32,000 bases of DNA from Vibrio vulnificus CMCP6 (GCF_000039765.1 NC_004460.2:720001-752000); one strand, 5' to 3'; shown: positions 17,745 through 28,966, counted from the first letter of the stretch. Numbers and translations are program-made. Notes: generated by a model from the sequence alone, not told the origin.

Positions 17745-18240
17745 TCGTCAACAGTAATGTTTATCTGCTCATACTTTGCTCAAAATTATAAGCAGTTATA
17801 AGATCTCGACAGTCTTTTGAACAATACTGGGAACCTCGATCTCGGTGAACGATAATCTACTCCAAGAATCCACGACGAAACAAAGCCATTGATAGTGCAT
17901 CAAAGATCAGTGTAGCGGTCATTCGGAGCCTCTGCGTTAAAATTCTGAGCCAGCGCAGCATGTTCGGAGCAACAGGCATTTTATGTTTGCTTGTCCGTTG
18001 TACACTTAAACTTGCGTGCCGCTTTCGGCGTTAAATCCTGGCGCTTCATGCTAGCTGCAATGGTTTTAACATTATAGCTGTCACCGTGTTCCGCCAGTTC
18101 TTTTTGGATACGCCTTGAGTCGTAAGGACGTTTGCTATTGTCAAAAGCCTCTTTCACCGTCATATTAAGTTCTTGGCGAATTATTAACTTTTTCTAAAGC
18201 CAATCTTGCTCTCTCCTTATAAGCAACTCAAGCCATATCG
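17745..18240 (-). mobile_element. Degenerate IS3-family transposase (orfB) remnant
   Basis: ORF 17981..18163 'MTVKEAFDNSKRPYDSRRIQKELAEHGDSYNVKTIAASMKRQDLTPKAARKFKCTTDKQT'. On the same strand in shifted frames come 'NMPVAPNML...', 'LIFDALSMALFRRGF' and 'VHRDRGSQYCSKDCRDLITAYNFEQSMSR'. Boundaries are approximate. Confidence 0.75.
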
Positions 18241-18882
18241 ACAAGCTATGTGATTTTTGTATGTGTTTCAGGGATGAACCACGGAAATAATCAGTCTCGC
18301 AACTCTGCATCGTGTCATTAGTTCTGATATACCAAACTAATATTAAGTGTGTAAATGTTTATTTACTCAAACAAGAAAAGGGTCAAAAGTTATTTAGAGT
18401 AATAACCTGAATTTAGAAAATTCGGATAACTTTCAGTATCGAAAGTCACTTCGTGAGGTGTCCAACACTGCTGGTGCGGTTTAGTGCCGAGAAAACTCAA
18501 AATCTCATAACTCCTTACACGTCATGTATGAACGCCATAATATTCATACAACCAAATTTAAAAGGTTCATCCCAACAATGCGACACTTACGATCATAACG
18601 CTAAAGGTTCATCATATAACGCATAGATGTCTTCGCCATTGTATTAGCTTTTGAACGGTTTCATAAGTGCCATCCTCCCAAGCGTTGTATTGCCATTCAA
18701 AAATTGATGTACTCATTTTTCAATCGTTGGAGATTTCACTTTAAACTGCTCAGCAGCTTGAATGATCGGCATGCCTTGGTCTAGTAAAGTGTTGGGCGAT
18801 TGCAAGCCGTGAAACTGTTCAAGACAAGACAACCAAGTTGCATATAAGTTGTACTATTTACGTTACTCCACAGAACCAATAT

Positions 18883-19872
18883 CTACTTAAAGTAATTCGT
18901 TTTGCTAATTCCCAGAGTTTTCATTTTTGAGCGAAGAGTATTCGGATTAATTGCCAGCAGTTGTGCCGCCCCAAATGGCCCTTCAACTCGGCCATGACAA
19001 TGAACTAACGCTTTAGTAATGTGCAGCTTTAACGCTTCATTTAAAGTCAGAAAAACTCCATTTGTACGTATTGGCTCTCTTACCTGATTAGCAACCTTAC
19101 CATTATTGTCTATAGATGCCTGAGGAAGAACGAGCGATTCTTCAATCGCCAAAAATGCACCTTGACCCAGTATTGCCGCTCTTTCAATGATGACCTGAAG
19201 TTCCCGCACGTTACCTGGCCACTCGTATTTTTTCAGGTAACTAATTTGTGACTCTGTGGGTAAGGCCAAGGGAAGTCCTAGTTTATTGGATGCTTTCTGG
19301 GCAAAGTACTCTGCTAAATCAGCAATGTCTTCTATTCTGTCTCGCAACGCTGGTAAACGAATAGGAAAAACATTAATTCGAAACCAAAGATCTTCACGAA
19401 AGATACCGCCTTTAACAGATTCTTCTAGATTTCGATGAGTTGCGGCAACGATACGGGCATTCACATTGATCTCTTGTTCTCCACCAACACGCGTTAGAGT
19501 CCCTTCTTGAAGCACCCTAAGTAAACGAACCTGTGCCGCTAGGCTCAATTCTCCAATTTCGTCTAAAAAAAGGGTTCCACCGTTAGCTCTTTCAAACCAA
19601 CCTTTTTTTTTCGATGAGGCCCCAGTAAAGCTTCCTTTTTCATGACCAAAAAGCTCTGAATCAATCAGCTCCGACGGAATAGCACCACAGTTTACACGAA
19701 TGAAGCTATTGTTAGCTCTTGAGGAGTGTTGATGAATATAACGCGCTATGAGTTCCTTTCCCGAGCCTGTTTCGCCAAGAATTAATGCAGTTGAGTCAGT
19801 TTGTGCGACCAATCCAACTTCACGTATCGCACGTTTTAAGCCTTTGTTGTATCCAATAATCATGGTGAGCAT
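18883..19872 (-). CDS. Sigma54-dependent Fis-family activator without N-terminal receiver domain (SfnR-like)
   Basis: AAA+ domain 'ILGETGSGKELIARYIH', 'GHEKGSFTGASSKKKGWFERANGGTLFLDEIGEL', 'WPGNVRELQ', and a C-terminal Fis-like HTH 'AAQLLAINPNTLRSKMKTLGI'. Confidence 0.9.
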   Translation of the reverse strand: MLTMIIGYNKGLKRAIREVGLVAQTDSTALILGETGSGKELIARYIHQHSSRANNSFIRVNCGAIPSELIDSELFGHEKGSFTGASSKKKGWFERANGGTLFLDEIGELSLAAQVRLLRVLQEGTLTRVGGEQEINVNARIVAATHRNLEESVKGGIFREDLWFRINVFPIRLPALRDRIEDIADLAEYFAQKASNKLGLPLALPTESQISYLKKYEWPGNVRELQVIIERAAILGQGAFLAIEESLVLPQASIDNNGKVANQVREPIRTNGVFLTLNEALKLHITKALVHCHGRVEGPFGAAQLLAINPNTLRSKMKTLGISKTNYFK

Positions 19873-20081
19873 TCCATCGATTTCAGAGATTATCAGCGAG
19901 ATTAAATGGAATAAATGTTATATATAAATAATTTTTAATTACCAAATCAAATAAAAGATTATATTAAAGATTCAACTCAATAAAACTAATTTCTATTTAT
20001 CAATAATTTATTGGGAAATTACTTGCCAACAGTAGAAATGGCACAAGATCTGATTAGGGACTGCTCCACCTCAAAGACAAT

Positions 20082-20663
20082 ATGGAAATGACTATGAAAG
20101 GTAACATTCTCATCGTCCCTGGTTACAAAGGCAATCCGAGAGGCCACTGGCAAACATGGATTGAAAAGCAATATCCTAATGCGCAGCGTCTCAAGGCCAT
20201 TGACTATCACCAACCCGCACTTTTCAATTGGTCTACACACATCAGCGAGTATCTTGCCCAGCAAACACACCCCGTGACCATTGTTGCTCACAGTTTTGGT
20301 TGCCTTGCTGCTGTACTGGCAATAAAACAGCAGAGGCACATGGTGAATACGGCTTTACTTGTTGCGCCAGCCTCTCCCCTTCGCTTCACGGAAGATGGAC
20401 ACATCAACGATTTTCCGACTTCCCCAACCATTTCAGCCGCTCTACCAGATAAGCCGCTAGGAATTACTGGTCTCATCGTTGCTTCCCAGAATGATCCGTG
20501 GATGGATTATAAGGACGCACACGAGTTGTCATTAAAGTGGGGAATGCTGTTTCACAACGCTGGATATGCCGGGCACATTAATATTGAGTCTGGACATGGC
20601 CCCTATCCCAAAGTAAAGGTGCTCCTTGATAGCCTCATTTACATCACACAAGCAGATAGATGA
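20082..20663 (+). CDS. RBBP9/YdeN-family alpha/beta hydrolase
   Basis: 'ILIVPGYKGNPRGHWQTWIEKQYPNAQRL', 'PVTIVAHSFGCLAAVLA', 'VASQNDPWMDYKDAHELSLKWGMLFHNAGYAGHINIESGHGPYP'. Start may be ATG 20088 or 20094. Confidence 0.87.
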   Translation: MEMTMKGNILIVPGYKGNPRGHWQTWIEKQYPNAQRLKAIDYHQPALFNWSTHISEYLAQQTHPVTIVAHSFGCLAAVLAIKQQRHMVNTALLVAPASPLRFTEDGHINDFPTSPTISAALPDKPLGITGLIVASQNDPWMDYKDAHELSLKWGMLFHNAGYAGHINIESGHGPYPKVKVLLDSLIYITQADR

Positions 20664-20776
20664 ATATCGTCCATTTATTCAATGAAAAACCACTGTATTT
20701 AGTGGTTTTTGTTATGAAAAATAGAATTTAACAAAACAAAATAAAACTTAACTATTTAAATCAATAACTTAAAAAG

Positions 20777-20792
20777 TGGCATTCTTTTTGTA
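20777..20792 (+). promoter_or_regulatory. Candidate sigma54 (-24/-12) promoter for the sulfate transport operon
   Basis: TGGCAT-TCTTT-TTGTA, 16 nt with the spacing of TGGCAC-N5-TTGCW, upstream of the 20827 start; a sigma54 activator gene is adjacent. Confidence 0.55.
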
Positions 20793-20826
20793 ATTGAGAT
20801 AAGGACTCAATCTAAAAGGAATCATT

Positions 20827-21843
20827 ATGAAAAAAATAGTCGGAATCACTCTGATCGCCGCATTGGCTGGTTTTAGCGGGCAATTGTTGGCAGAGACCAA
20901 GACCTTACTCAATGTCTCCTATGATCCAACTCGAGAGTTTTATCGTGAGTTTAATGAAAGTTTCAGCCAAGACTACAAAGAAAAAACGGGAATTGATGTT
21001 CAGATCCGTCAATCACATGGAGGATCAGGTAAACAAGCTCGAGCGGTGATTGATGGACTAAAAGCAGATGTTTTAACGCTGGCTCTAGCCTACGATATTG
21101 ATGCGGTACAAGCTCGTACGCAACTCTTCAATACCGATTGGCAAAACCAGTTCCCTCATGCTAGCGCACCTTATACTTCGACTATTGTCTTTCTGGTACG
21201 CAAAGGCAACCCCAAAAACATTCGAGACTGGGGAGACTTGATCAAGCCTGGCGTTGAAGTAATTACTCCTAACCCCAAAACCTCCGGTGGTGCACGTTGG
21301 AACTACTTGGCCGCGTGGGCTTATGCGGCTAAACAGTATCATGGAGATGAAGCAAACATTCGCCAATTTGTCGGAGACTTGTACAAGCATGTTCCGGTTC
21401 TTGACTCAGGCGCGAGAGGCTCAACAAACACCTTTGTTCGTAATGGTATTGGTGATGTTCTGCTCGCATGGGAAAACGAAGCTTTACTGGCCACAGAGAA
21501 GCTGCAAGGTGCCAGTGAATTTGAAATCGTCGTACCTTCTATCAGTATCCTAGCTCAGCCCCCAGTTACGGTCGTTGACAAAAATGCTGATCAACATGGT
21601 GTAGCCAAAGAAGCCCAAGCTTATCTTGAATACCTTTATAGCCCTGAAGCACAAAAATTGGCCGCGAAACATTTCTACCGTCCAGTAAGCCCAAAATATG
21701 CCGAGAAAAACGACCTAGCTCTCTTTCCCGATGTCCATCTGATCACGATTGATGACGAGTTTGGTGGTTGGCAAAAAGCACAACAAACGCATTTCAATGA
21801 CGGTGGTGTGTTTGATGAAATTTACCAACCGAGTCAAAAATAA
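20827..21843 (+). CDS. sbp: Sulfate/thiosulfate-binding periplasmic protein
   Basis: Signal peptide, then '[68 protein letters not shown]...[19 protein letters not shown]'. sbp versus cysP is not separable here. Confidence 0.93.
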   Translation: MKKIVGITLIAALAGFSGQLLAETKTLLNVSYDPTREFYREFNESFSQDYKEKTGIDVQIRQSHGGSGKQARAVIDGLKADVLTLALAYDIDAVQARTQLFNTDWQNQFPHASAPYTSTIVFLVRKGNPKNIRDWGDLIKPGVEVITPNPKTSGGARWNYLAAWAYAAKQYHGDEANIRQFVGDLYKHVPVLDSGARGSTNTFVRNGIGDVLLAWENEALLATEKLQGASEFEIVVPSISILAQPPVTVVDKNADQHGVAKEAQAYLEYLYSPEAQKLAAKHFYRPVSPKYAEKNDLALFPDVHLITIDDEFGGWQKAQQTHFNDGGVFDEIYQPSQK

Positions 21844-22692
21844 ATGAAAGGATTCAAACAATATTCAGTGATCCCCGGACTCTCATTGAGTCTGGGTTAC
21901 ACCCTGTTCTATCTCGGATTGATCGTTTTACTACCCATGGCGGCACTCGTGGGTAAAACCATGACACTCAGTTGGTCACAATTTTGGGCCGTCGTGACAC
22001 ATCCGCAAGTCGTTGCTTCTTATCAGCTCACCTTTGGTGCGGCTTTTGTGGCTGCATTGATCAATTTAATATTTGGCTCTTTAGTCGCATGGGTGCTAGT
22101 ACGTTACTCTTTTCGTGGCAAACGAATTGTTGACGCGTTGATTGATCTTCCATTTGCTTTACCGACAGCGGTAGCGGGCATTGCATTAGTCGCTATTTAC
22201 GGCCCAAACGGTCCTATTGGCGGTCCTTTATTGCAAGCCGGAATCAAAGTGGCTTACACCCCGCTGGGGATCACACTAGCACTGATATTTATCGGTTTTC
22301 CGTTTGTCGTCAGAACGGTGCAGCCGATTTTGGAAGATTTTGAGCAAGGGCTGGAGGAAGCCGCTGCTGCTTTGGGAGCGAGCCGTTGGTATACCATCCG
22401 CCGTGTGATTATTCCGCATCTACTGCCGTCACTTCTGACAGGTTTTGCCTTAGCGTTTGCTCGCGGTGTGGGTGAGTACGGTTCAGTGATTTTTATCGCA
22501 GGTAACTTACCGTTTGTTTCTGAAATTACCCCGCTACTGATTGTCACCAAACTAGAGCAGTTCGACTATCCTGGTGCGACAGCAATCGCTTGTGCCATGC
22601 TGGCTTTTTCTCTGGTCATTCTTTTTGTGATTAACACTTTACAAGGCTGGCTGGAACTGCGTGAGAGAAAACATCAAGGAGTAATGGCATGA
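21844..22692 (+). CDS. cysT: Sulfate ABC transporter permease CysT (CysU)
   Basis: '[25 protein letters not shown]...[17 protein letters not shown]...[17 protein letters not shown]'. Confidence 0.93.
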   Translation: MKGFKQYSVIPGLSLSLGYTLFYLGLIVLLPMAALVGKTMTLSWSQFWAVVTHPQVVASYQLTFGAAFVAALINLIFGSLVAWVLVRYSFRGKRIVDALIDLPFALPTAVAGIALVAIYGPNGPIGGPLLQAGIKVAYTPLGITLALIFIGFPFVVRTVQPILEDFEQGLEEAAAALGASRWYTIRRVIIPHLLPSLLTGFALAFARGVGEYGSVIFIAGNLPFVSEITPLLIVTKLEQFDYPGATAIACAMLAFSLVILFVINTLQGWLELRERKHQGVMA

Positions 22693-23564
22693 ACAACAGC
22701 ACGGCTCTAAGTCTGATCTCACCTCGGCCAACTATGACAGTACATCCGTCTGCAACGACTGAACGTGCTTGGGTGAGAAAAACCTTAACCGCAATTGCAT
22801 TAGTCTTTGTGGTTTTTACTCTCATTCTTCCTCTTTTGATGGTGCTCTATGAAGCATTTCGTTCTGGATGGCATGTGTATCTAGCCTCGATTACTGAACC
22901 CGATGCCCTGAGCGCGATCAAACTGACCCTACTCGTTGCCGCTATAGCTGTGCCTTTAAACCTGATTTTCGGTCTGGCAGCCGCTTGGTCAGTAACAAAG
23001 TTTGAGTTCATCGGTAAACGCTTATTGATGACGTTAATTGATCTCCCGTTTTCCGTCAGCCCTGTCATTGCTGGTCTTATTTTCATTCTGCTGTTTGGCA
23101 GTGAAGGCTGGTTTGGTGAAACACTGACGCAGTATGACATTCAAATTGCGTTCTCGGTTCCTGGTATCGTGTTGGCAACGGTTTTTGTCACATTTCCATT
23201 TATTGCCCGTGAACTGATCCCGCTAATGCAGTCACAAGGAACCGATGAAGAGGAAGCTGCCAGAGTATTAGGCGCGTCCGGCTGGCATATTTTCTACCGC
23301 ATCACATTACCCAACATTAAGTGGGCATTACTCTATGGCGTCATTTTGTGTAACGCCCGAGCAATGGGCGACTTCGGCGCGGTGTCTGTCATATCTGGGC
23401 ATATCCGCGGGCTCACCAACACACTACCGCTCCATGTTGAAGTGGTCTACAACGAATATCAATATACGGCGGCATTTGCCTGCGCTTCTCTATTGGCGTT
23501 ATTGGCAATCGTCACCCTGATCATTAAAGAAATTTTGCAACGCAATTTGCACCAAGAAAAATAA
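22689..23564 (+). CDS. cysW: Sulfate ABC transporter permease CysW
   Basis: '[22 protein letters not shown]...[54 protein letters not shown]'. Overlaps the cysT stop by 4 nt. Confidence 0.93.
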   Translation: MNNSTALSLISPRPTMTVHPSATTERAWVRKTLTAIALVFVVFTLILPLLMVLYEAFRSGWHVYLASITEPDALSAIKLTLLVAAIAVPLNLIFGLAAAWSVTKFEFIGKRLLMTLIDLPFSVSPVIAGLIFILLFGSEGWFGETLTQYDIQIAFSVPGIVLATVFVTFPFIARELIPLMQSQGTDEEEAARVLGASGWHIFYRITLPNIKWALLYGVILCNARAMGDFGAVSVISGHIRGLTNTLPLHVEVVYNEYQYTAAFACASLLALLAIVTLIIKEILQRNLHQEK

Positions 23565-23585
23565 CCGAATTCAATAGGCATCATT

Positions 23586-24623
23586 ATGAGCATCCAAGTT
23601 TCAGGGCTGTGCAAACATTTTGGACAATTCACCGCATTAAACAATGTCAGTATTGAGTTTCCCAGCGGGGGACTCGTGGCACTGCTTGGCCCTTCCGGTT
23701 GTGGTAAAACGAGCCTTTTGCGGGTGATCGCGGGTTTAGAGCGCCCTGATTCCGGGACCGTTGCGATCCAAAATCGTGATGTGTCTGGGTTAGACATCCG
23801 TGAACGTCAAGTCGGGTTTGTGTTTCAACACTACGCGCTGTTCCGCCACATGACTATTTTTGAAAATGTGGCCTTTGGCCTACGTGCTAAACCTAAAGCC
23901 CGTCGTCCTAATGAAGCCACAATTAAACAGAAAGTAAACCGACTGCTGCAACTGGTGCAGTTGGATTGGTTGGCTGATCGTTATCCAGCGCAACTGTCTG
24001 GAGGTCAACGTCAACGGGTAGCCTTAGCAAGAGCGTTAGCCATAGAGCCACAAGTGTTGCTACTGGATGAACCCTTTGGGGCACTGGATGCCAAAGTACG
24101 CAAGGAGCTGCGCCGATGGCTACGAAAACTGCATGATGAACTGCACATAACAAGCTTATTTGTGACTCACGATCAAGAGGAAGCGCTGGAAGTTGCTGAT
24201 CACATCGTCGTGATGAACAAGGGACAAATCGAGCAAATTGGCACGCCTGAAGAAATCTACCGAACACCACGTACCGAGTTTGTTTACCAATTTGTCGGTT
24301 CATCCAATCGACTGTATCTCGAAGATTCCAACGGCCTTTCTTTTACTCCGAGCGACGTTGTTTCAACCCATGGAAAGCAAGCCAAGAGAATCTACTGCCG
24401 GCCTCACGATTTTGCTGTGAATACACAACATCGGCCAGATGCCATCCCCGTGGCAGTAGCGCGAAAATTAGCGCTAGGGAACATGGTTCGATTGGAAGCC
24501 TACAGCTTAGATAACCAGCAATTGGTGGAAGTGGAGTTGTCCAATCATGATCCCGTACTAGACGAAATCCAAGCTAAGAGACATCTGTGGCTCACCCCAA
24601 AAACCGTCTCTCAATTTGCCTAG
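23586..24623 (+). CDS. cysA: Sulfate/thiosulfate ABC transporter ATPase CysA
   Basis: Walker A '[18 protein letters not shown]', signature '[19 protein letters not shown]', Walker B '[20 protein letters not shown]', start '[29 protein letters not shown]'. Confidence 0.95.
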   Translation: MSIQVSGLCKHFGQFTALNNVSIEFPSGGLVALLGPSGCGKTSLLRVIAGLERPDSGTVAIQNRDVSGLDIRERQVGFVFQHYALFRHMTIFENVAFGLRAKPKARRPNEATIKQKVNRLLQLVQLDWLADRYPAQLSGGQRQRVALARALAIEPQVLLLDEPFGALDAKVRKELRRWLRKLHDELHITSLFVTHDQEEALEVADHIVVMNKGQIEQIGTPEEIYRTPRTEFVYQFVGSSNRLYLEDSNGLSFTPSDVVSTHGKQAKRIYCRPHDFAVNTQHRPDAIPVAVARKLALGNMVRLEAYSLDNQQLVEVELSNHDPVLDEIQAKRHLWLTPKTVSQFA

Positions 24624-24629
24624 TGAGTC

Positions 24630-24820
24630 GCAAATGCACTTTATACCTCTCACTCTGGTGTTAGTCGTAACATCAAAGAATTAGAAGAAGAATTAGGCTT
24701 ACCGCTCTATGTAGGTAAAGGTAAGCGCCTACTGGGCATGCCCCCCCCCGGAGAGGACTTACTGATGATGGCAGAAAAGATTCTCAACGAAGCTGCCAAC
24801 ATCAAATGGTTAGCTCAAAA
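24630..24820 (+). pseudogene. CysB/Cbl-like LysR regulator, N-terminal HTH remnant
   Basis: In-frame translation 'ANALYTSHSGVSRNIKELEEELGLPLYVGKGKRLLGMPPPGEDLLMMAEKILNEAANIKWLAQ' resembles the CysB HTH (LFTSQPGVSKQIRLLEDELG...RRGKRLTGLTEPGK). No start codon, and it runs into IS sequence. Confidence 0.75.
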
Positions 24821-25461
24821 AGCAAACAGAACAAGCGCGGCAGGCCTCGTCGATTCAGCGACCTAGAAATTAATACTGCACTGATGGTAAAACGCGTTTT
24901 CTCTATGCCATTGAGACCGCTGCAAGGTATTCTAGACTCAGTATTCAGCTGGCTAACATACCGCTTGTTTGTCCGCATGACACATGTATAAGCCGTCGAG
25001 CCAAGCAGGTTGAGATTTCATTTAAAACTAAAACCAGAGGTACGATACAGCATCTGACCATTGATGCCACTAGTCTCAAGGTTTATGGCGAAGGTGAATG
25101 GAAGGTTAAGAGCCATGGAACTAATGGGAAGCATGTAGTCTGAAGATGGTGCTTACGACACAAGGAATTGCCAAGATGCCATATGGATTAAGCGAACTGT
25201 TCCGCTTATCTCACCAAGAGAAGGGGCAGCCTTCTGGGAGTAAGGACACCCTCGCAATTTGGCGGTGGGTTGCCAAAAGCTCTATGGCTCCTACAAGAAG
25301 TGGAGAAAGCGGTATGGTTATCACAAGCATTAACTCTCAGAAACAGCCATGTATCGAGTGAAGCAGTTGCTAGGTGGGAAGTTAAGCTTGAGAAACTACA
25401 ATGCTCCGGTTGGTGAAACTTACGCCATGATTAAAGCGCTGAACAAGCTTACAGGGCTTGG
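24806..25461 (+). mobile_element. IS5-family transposase remnant, multiply frameshifted
   Basis: Fragments 'KQNKRGRPRRFSDLEINTALMVKRVFSMPLRPLQGILDSVF', 'LTIDATSLKVYGEGEWKVKSHGTNGKHVV', 'GAYDTRNCQDAIWIKRTVPLI' and 'NSETAMYRVKQLLGGKLSLRNYNAPVGETYAMIKALNKLTGLGMPETQ'. Confidence 0.85.
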
Positions 25462-25846
25462 TATGCCTGAAACTCAGTATGTTGTATACCCTTCCTACTT
25501 GAAGCTGCAGCGGTGTTGGCTGCATTCGTTCACTGGCACGCCAGCCCGGCCCAATCACATAGCGTACCTATGCTCATGGGGTTCACTCATTTGCCGCCTA
25601 CCTGCAACTTCAAGTTGTTTAGGTATATAAGAATTGTTTAATTTCGGGCGGTTTGGTTTTCTGTCCGAATTACGCAAAAAAGCCGCTCCGAAACTAAGCT
25701 AGAGCGTAACTTTCAATGGGGTTGCATTTTCACCCCAGAAGTAGAAAACTCAACATTTTTATAAACGGTTGACAAAAAAATGATATTTATATGGGAAAGT
25801 TAGTTTTTGACCAGTTCAAAGAGTTATTGCAGAAAGGGAAACATTA

Positions 25847-26641
25847 GTGATAAATGGAGAGCTACTAGCAGCTTACAAGAGAGGGAATGTCATTTTATTC
25901 GTTGGGGCTGGTGTATCAATGAACCTTGGTCTTCCTTCATGGTCTGAACTTATCAACCATATTTCCGAAGAGTTAGGCTATGATCCTGATATTTATAAAA
26001 CATTTGGAGATGATCTTGCGCTAGTCGAATATTATCGAATCCAAAAAGGCAGAATCGGTCCCCTGCGTAGCTGGATGGACACCGAATGGAACTCTGCAAA
26101 TGTGGCACTGGAAGCATCCAAGATTCATGAATATATTGCCAAAGCAAATTTCCCTCTTATCTATACGACAAACTACGACAGATGGATAGAGGCGTCGCTA
26201 AAACATTACGGTAAAGAGTTTATAAAAATAGCGTCTGTATCGGACATGATTGAGGTGAAAAAAGACCAGACACAAGTCATTAAGTTTCATGGAGACTTTG
26301 ATGACGATGAATCAATAGTTCTTGATGAATCGAGTTACTTCGAACGACTAGAGTTCGAATCACCTTTAGACCTCAAACTTAGGGCTGATGTGCTCGGAAA
26401 AACGGTTCTTTTCATTGGTTACAGTTTATCTGATATCAACATAAGACTTTTATTCTATAAACTATCGAAGCTATGGAAAGGTAACTACTGTGGAGGAGCT
26501 CAGCCTAAGTCCTACGTCTTCTCTCCACGTCCAAATCCTGTTCAGGAAGCAGTGCTTGAACAATGGGGAATCAATATGATTAATTCAGAAATTGATGATC
26601 CTGGTAAAGCACTTGAAGAGTTTTTGAAACAGTTTGTGTAA
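25847..26641 (+). CDS. Stand-alone SIR2-like domain protein, possible anti-phage/NAD-related effector
   Basis: GTG start; '[23 protein letters not shown]', '[21 protein letters not shown]', '[22 protein letters not shown]', '[25 protein letters not shown]'. Confidence 0.87.
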   Translation: MINGELLAAYKRGNVILFVGAGVSMNLGLPSWSELINHISEELGYDPDIYKTFGDDLALVEYYRIQKGRIGPLRSWMDTEWNSANVALEASKIHEYIAKANFPLIYTTNYDRWIEASLKHYGKEFIKIASVSDMIEVKKDQTQVIKFHGDFDDDESIVLDESSYFERLEFESPLDLKLRADVLGKTVLFIGYSLSDINIRLLFYKLSKLWKGNYCGGAQPKSYVFSPRPNPVQEAVLEQWGINMINSEIDDPGKALEEFLKQFV

Positions 26642-26938
26642 TACTCGAGAAGTATGAGAAAACGATTTTCCAGACTTCAGAGATGTACATTTAGCCCTCC
26701 GTTCAAGTTGGTTTATACAAACTAGAGGGCATTTCAGATGAGATATTCTAAGGGAAAAATGCGGCTCGGCATGTTGGGGGATGGTTCGACTAAAACTAAA
26801 ACATTTCGGGGCAGAGCCATTTATGTAGTGGTCAACTAAAATTGGCCACGGTTTTAGAGTTTGCCCAATACCGTCGTTCAGACTCATTAGGGGTTAGACC
26901 ACCATTATATTGATGGGACCTGAGTTGGCCGTGATACA

Positions 26939-27245
26939 TCGAGAGTTGTTCAGTGAATCCGACATCAAGAGAGCAGTAGCCTTTTTAATATTTTATTGTG
27001 TTCTTCAAGGCGTGTAAGTTTCTTCTTCAGATCCCGTATCTCAATTTGCTCTGGTGTCATTGGAGAGGCTTGAGGAGTCATTCCTCTTATTTCTTACTTG
27101 AGGTGCCTTACCCACTATCCATTGTCGATTTACCCACACCCATGGCTTTTGCAGCTTCAACAACTGTATAGTTTTGGTCGAGAACAAGTTGCGCTGCTTC
27201 GAGTTTGAACTCCGCACTGAAAGTACGTCTGATACACTTGGTCAT
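26939..27245 (-). mobile_element. IS3-family orfA remnant (frameshifted)
   Basis: Reverse strand '[43 protein letters not shown]', then in a shifted frame '[48 protein letters not shown]'. Confidence 0.85.
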
Positions 27246-27678
27246 AGTTTCACCTGTCATTTTATGAGGTGTATCTTAACACCTCTAATCAGGTGGCCAA
27301 ATTCACCGTACCACTACAATAACTTTAAAAAAGCTCCGCGATACTAGTATTTTCATGTGAAATGTCCTTATGTGCAGGTAGGCGACAGAGTATCAACGCC
27401 ATTGCGTTTCAGTCAGGAGTATGACAATCGTGAAGCCAGTGAGAATATGTTGAACCAATAAAAAATTGGAAACCGGATAAAAGCTGAGGTGATATAGGTT
27501 GATTACAATTGGACAAGAAGGCACAGTTGTTGGGCATCCACGCCAAGTTAACGCTGAAAATCACAATTTCGTTTAATGAAGCGTCCAGTCTAACTACTGG
27601 TTCAGATCACGTGTTAGCCGAAGTCCATACGCAGACAAACCGTTTAATTAGTTCTAGGAATAGAAAAGGAGGAAAGAC

Positions 27679-28761
27679 TTGAATAATTCAAATGAGAACT
27701 TAGAAAAGGTATTAGTGAAAGCATTTAGTACTTCATTGATACGATTCGCAGCAATTACGCTTATTGTTATTGTCTGTTGGTGGGCGTTTTTACCCTTTTT
27801 ACCTATTTTACTTTGGGCTCTGGTATTGGCTATTGCACTTTACCCTCTTAAGTTGGCTATTGAACGTAAACTGGGCTTAAGATCTAGCCGATCGGCTACT
27901 TTAGTCGCTGTGATTGGCGTGCTTGTACTTGGAACGCCTACCGCAATGGTTGGTAACTCATTTGCGTCTAAAACGTTAGAAGCTCTCGATTCTTATCGAA
28001 ATGGCACACTAGCCGTGTCGAAGCCAACTGACAGCGTAAAAGAATGGCCATTAGTCGGGGAAAAAGTATATGCAGCCTGGGATGAAGCCGCTGTCAATCT
28101 GCCTGTTTTCATAGACAAGCATCAGCCTCAAATAAAAAGCATTTTCGGTTGGGTATTCGATAGTGCGGCGGGCGCAGCTAAGAGCGTATTTGTCTTGATA
28201 GGTGCTGTGATCATTGCTGGGATAATGTTAGCTTGGGCTGAACCCGCATCAGCATCAATACGTAAGATTTTTATAAGTTTTACAGATCCGATCAAAGGAC
28301 CCTCACTGCATAAATTAACAACAGCAACTCTAAGGCAGGTCGCTGTTGGCATTATTGGAATCGCATTTTTAACAGCAATGATATTTGGTGCTATCGTAGC
28401 GTTAGCAGGCGTTCCAGCGGCTTCTCTGTTTACATTAATCGCCTTAGTTTTTGCTATCGTTCAGCTCCCTGTGACCGTAGTGGCTCTGGTCGCTGTTGCA
28501 GTCTTGTGGTCAGGAGATAGTGGAACAGCACACAATGCTATCTTCACAGTATTAATTATTGCTGCAAGCTTTATCGATAATTTCCTAAAACCGATTATTC
28601 TTGGAAGAGGGTTGGATGTACCAATGCCTATAATACTCATTGGCGCTGTAGGTGGGGTCATGTCTGGAGGAATACTGGGTATGTTCGTTGGTGCGGCATT
28701 TTTAGCTACAGGATATCAAGTTTTTATGCAATGGGTAGAGTCAGAAAGCAAGCAAGTCTGA
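27679..28761 (+). CDS. AI-2E family transporter (YdiK-like membrane protein)
   Basis: TTG start preceded by AGGAGG; 'LIRFAAITLIVIVCWWAFLPFLPILLWALVLAIALYPL...LTTATLRQVAVGIIGIAFLTAMIFGAIVALAGVPAASLFTLIALVFAIVQLP...FIDNFLKPIILGRG'. Confidence 0.88.
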   Translation: MNNSNENLEKVLVKAFSTSLIRFAAITLIVIVCWWAFLPFLPILLWALVLAIALYPLKLAIERKLGLRSSRSATLVAVIGVLVLGTPTAMVGNSFASKTLEALDSYRNGTLAVSKPTDSVKEWPLVGEKVYAAWDEAAVNLPVFIDKHQPQIKSIFGWVFDSAAGAAKSVFVLIGAVIIAGIMLAWAEPASASIRKIFISFTDPIKGPSLHKLTTATLRQVAVGIIGIAFLTAMIFGAIVALAGVPAASLFTLIALVFAIVQLPVTVVALVAVAVLWSGDSGTAHNAIFTVLIIAASFIDNFLKPIILGRGLDVPMPIILIGAVGGVMSGGILGMFVGAAFLATGYQVFMQWVESESKQV

Positions 28762-28843
28762 GAGATCGTTGAAAATTCGAAATCGAAATATAAAGGCGCT
28801 AAATAGCTGTTCCTAAATGTAGATCACTGGTGTGTAAAAAGAA

Positions 28844-28915
28844 GGGAACTCGGTACCGTTTGAGCGATCTGATCAGTAGCCAAACATACAAACCCGCAAC
28901 CGTTACCGAGTTCCC
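28844..28915. repeat. Inverted repeats at the left side of the IS630 remnant
   Basis: GGGAACTCGGTA (28844-28855) and TACCGAGTTCCC (28904-28915), perfect 12-bp arms about 48 nt apart. Confidence 0.7.
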
Positions 28916-28966
28916 ATGATTCTAAATTTACCTGACCGCGCTGAGCGACGTCGTATCACTTAAAAG

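Noticed and set aside
20827-24420. Antisense and alternative-frame ORFs inside the sulfate operon (e.g. 21085..21390, 22254..22550, 23923..24303)
   Set aside because: They are by-products of GC-biased coding sequence; the plus-strand genes are unambiguous.
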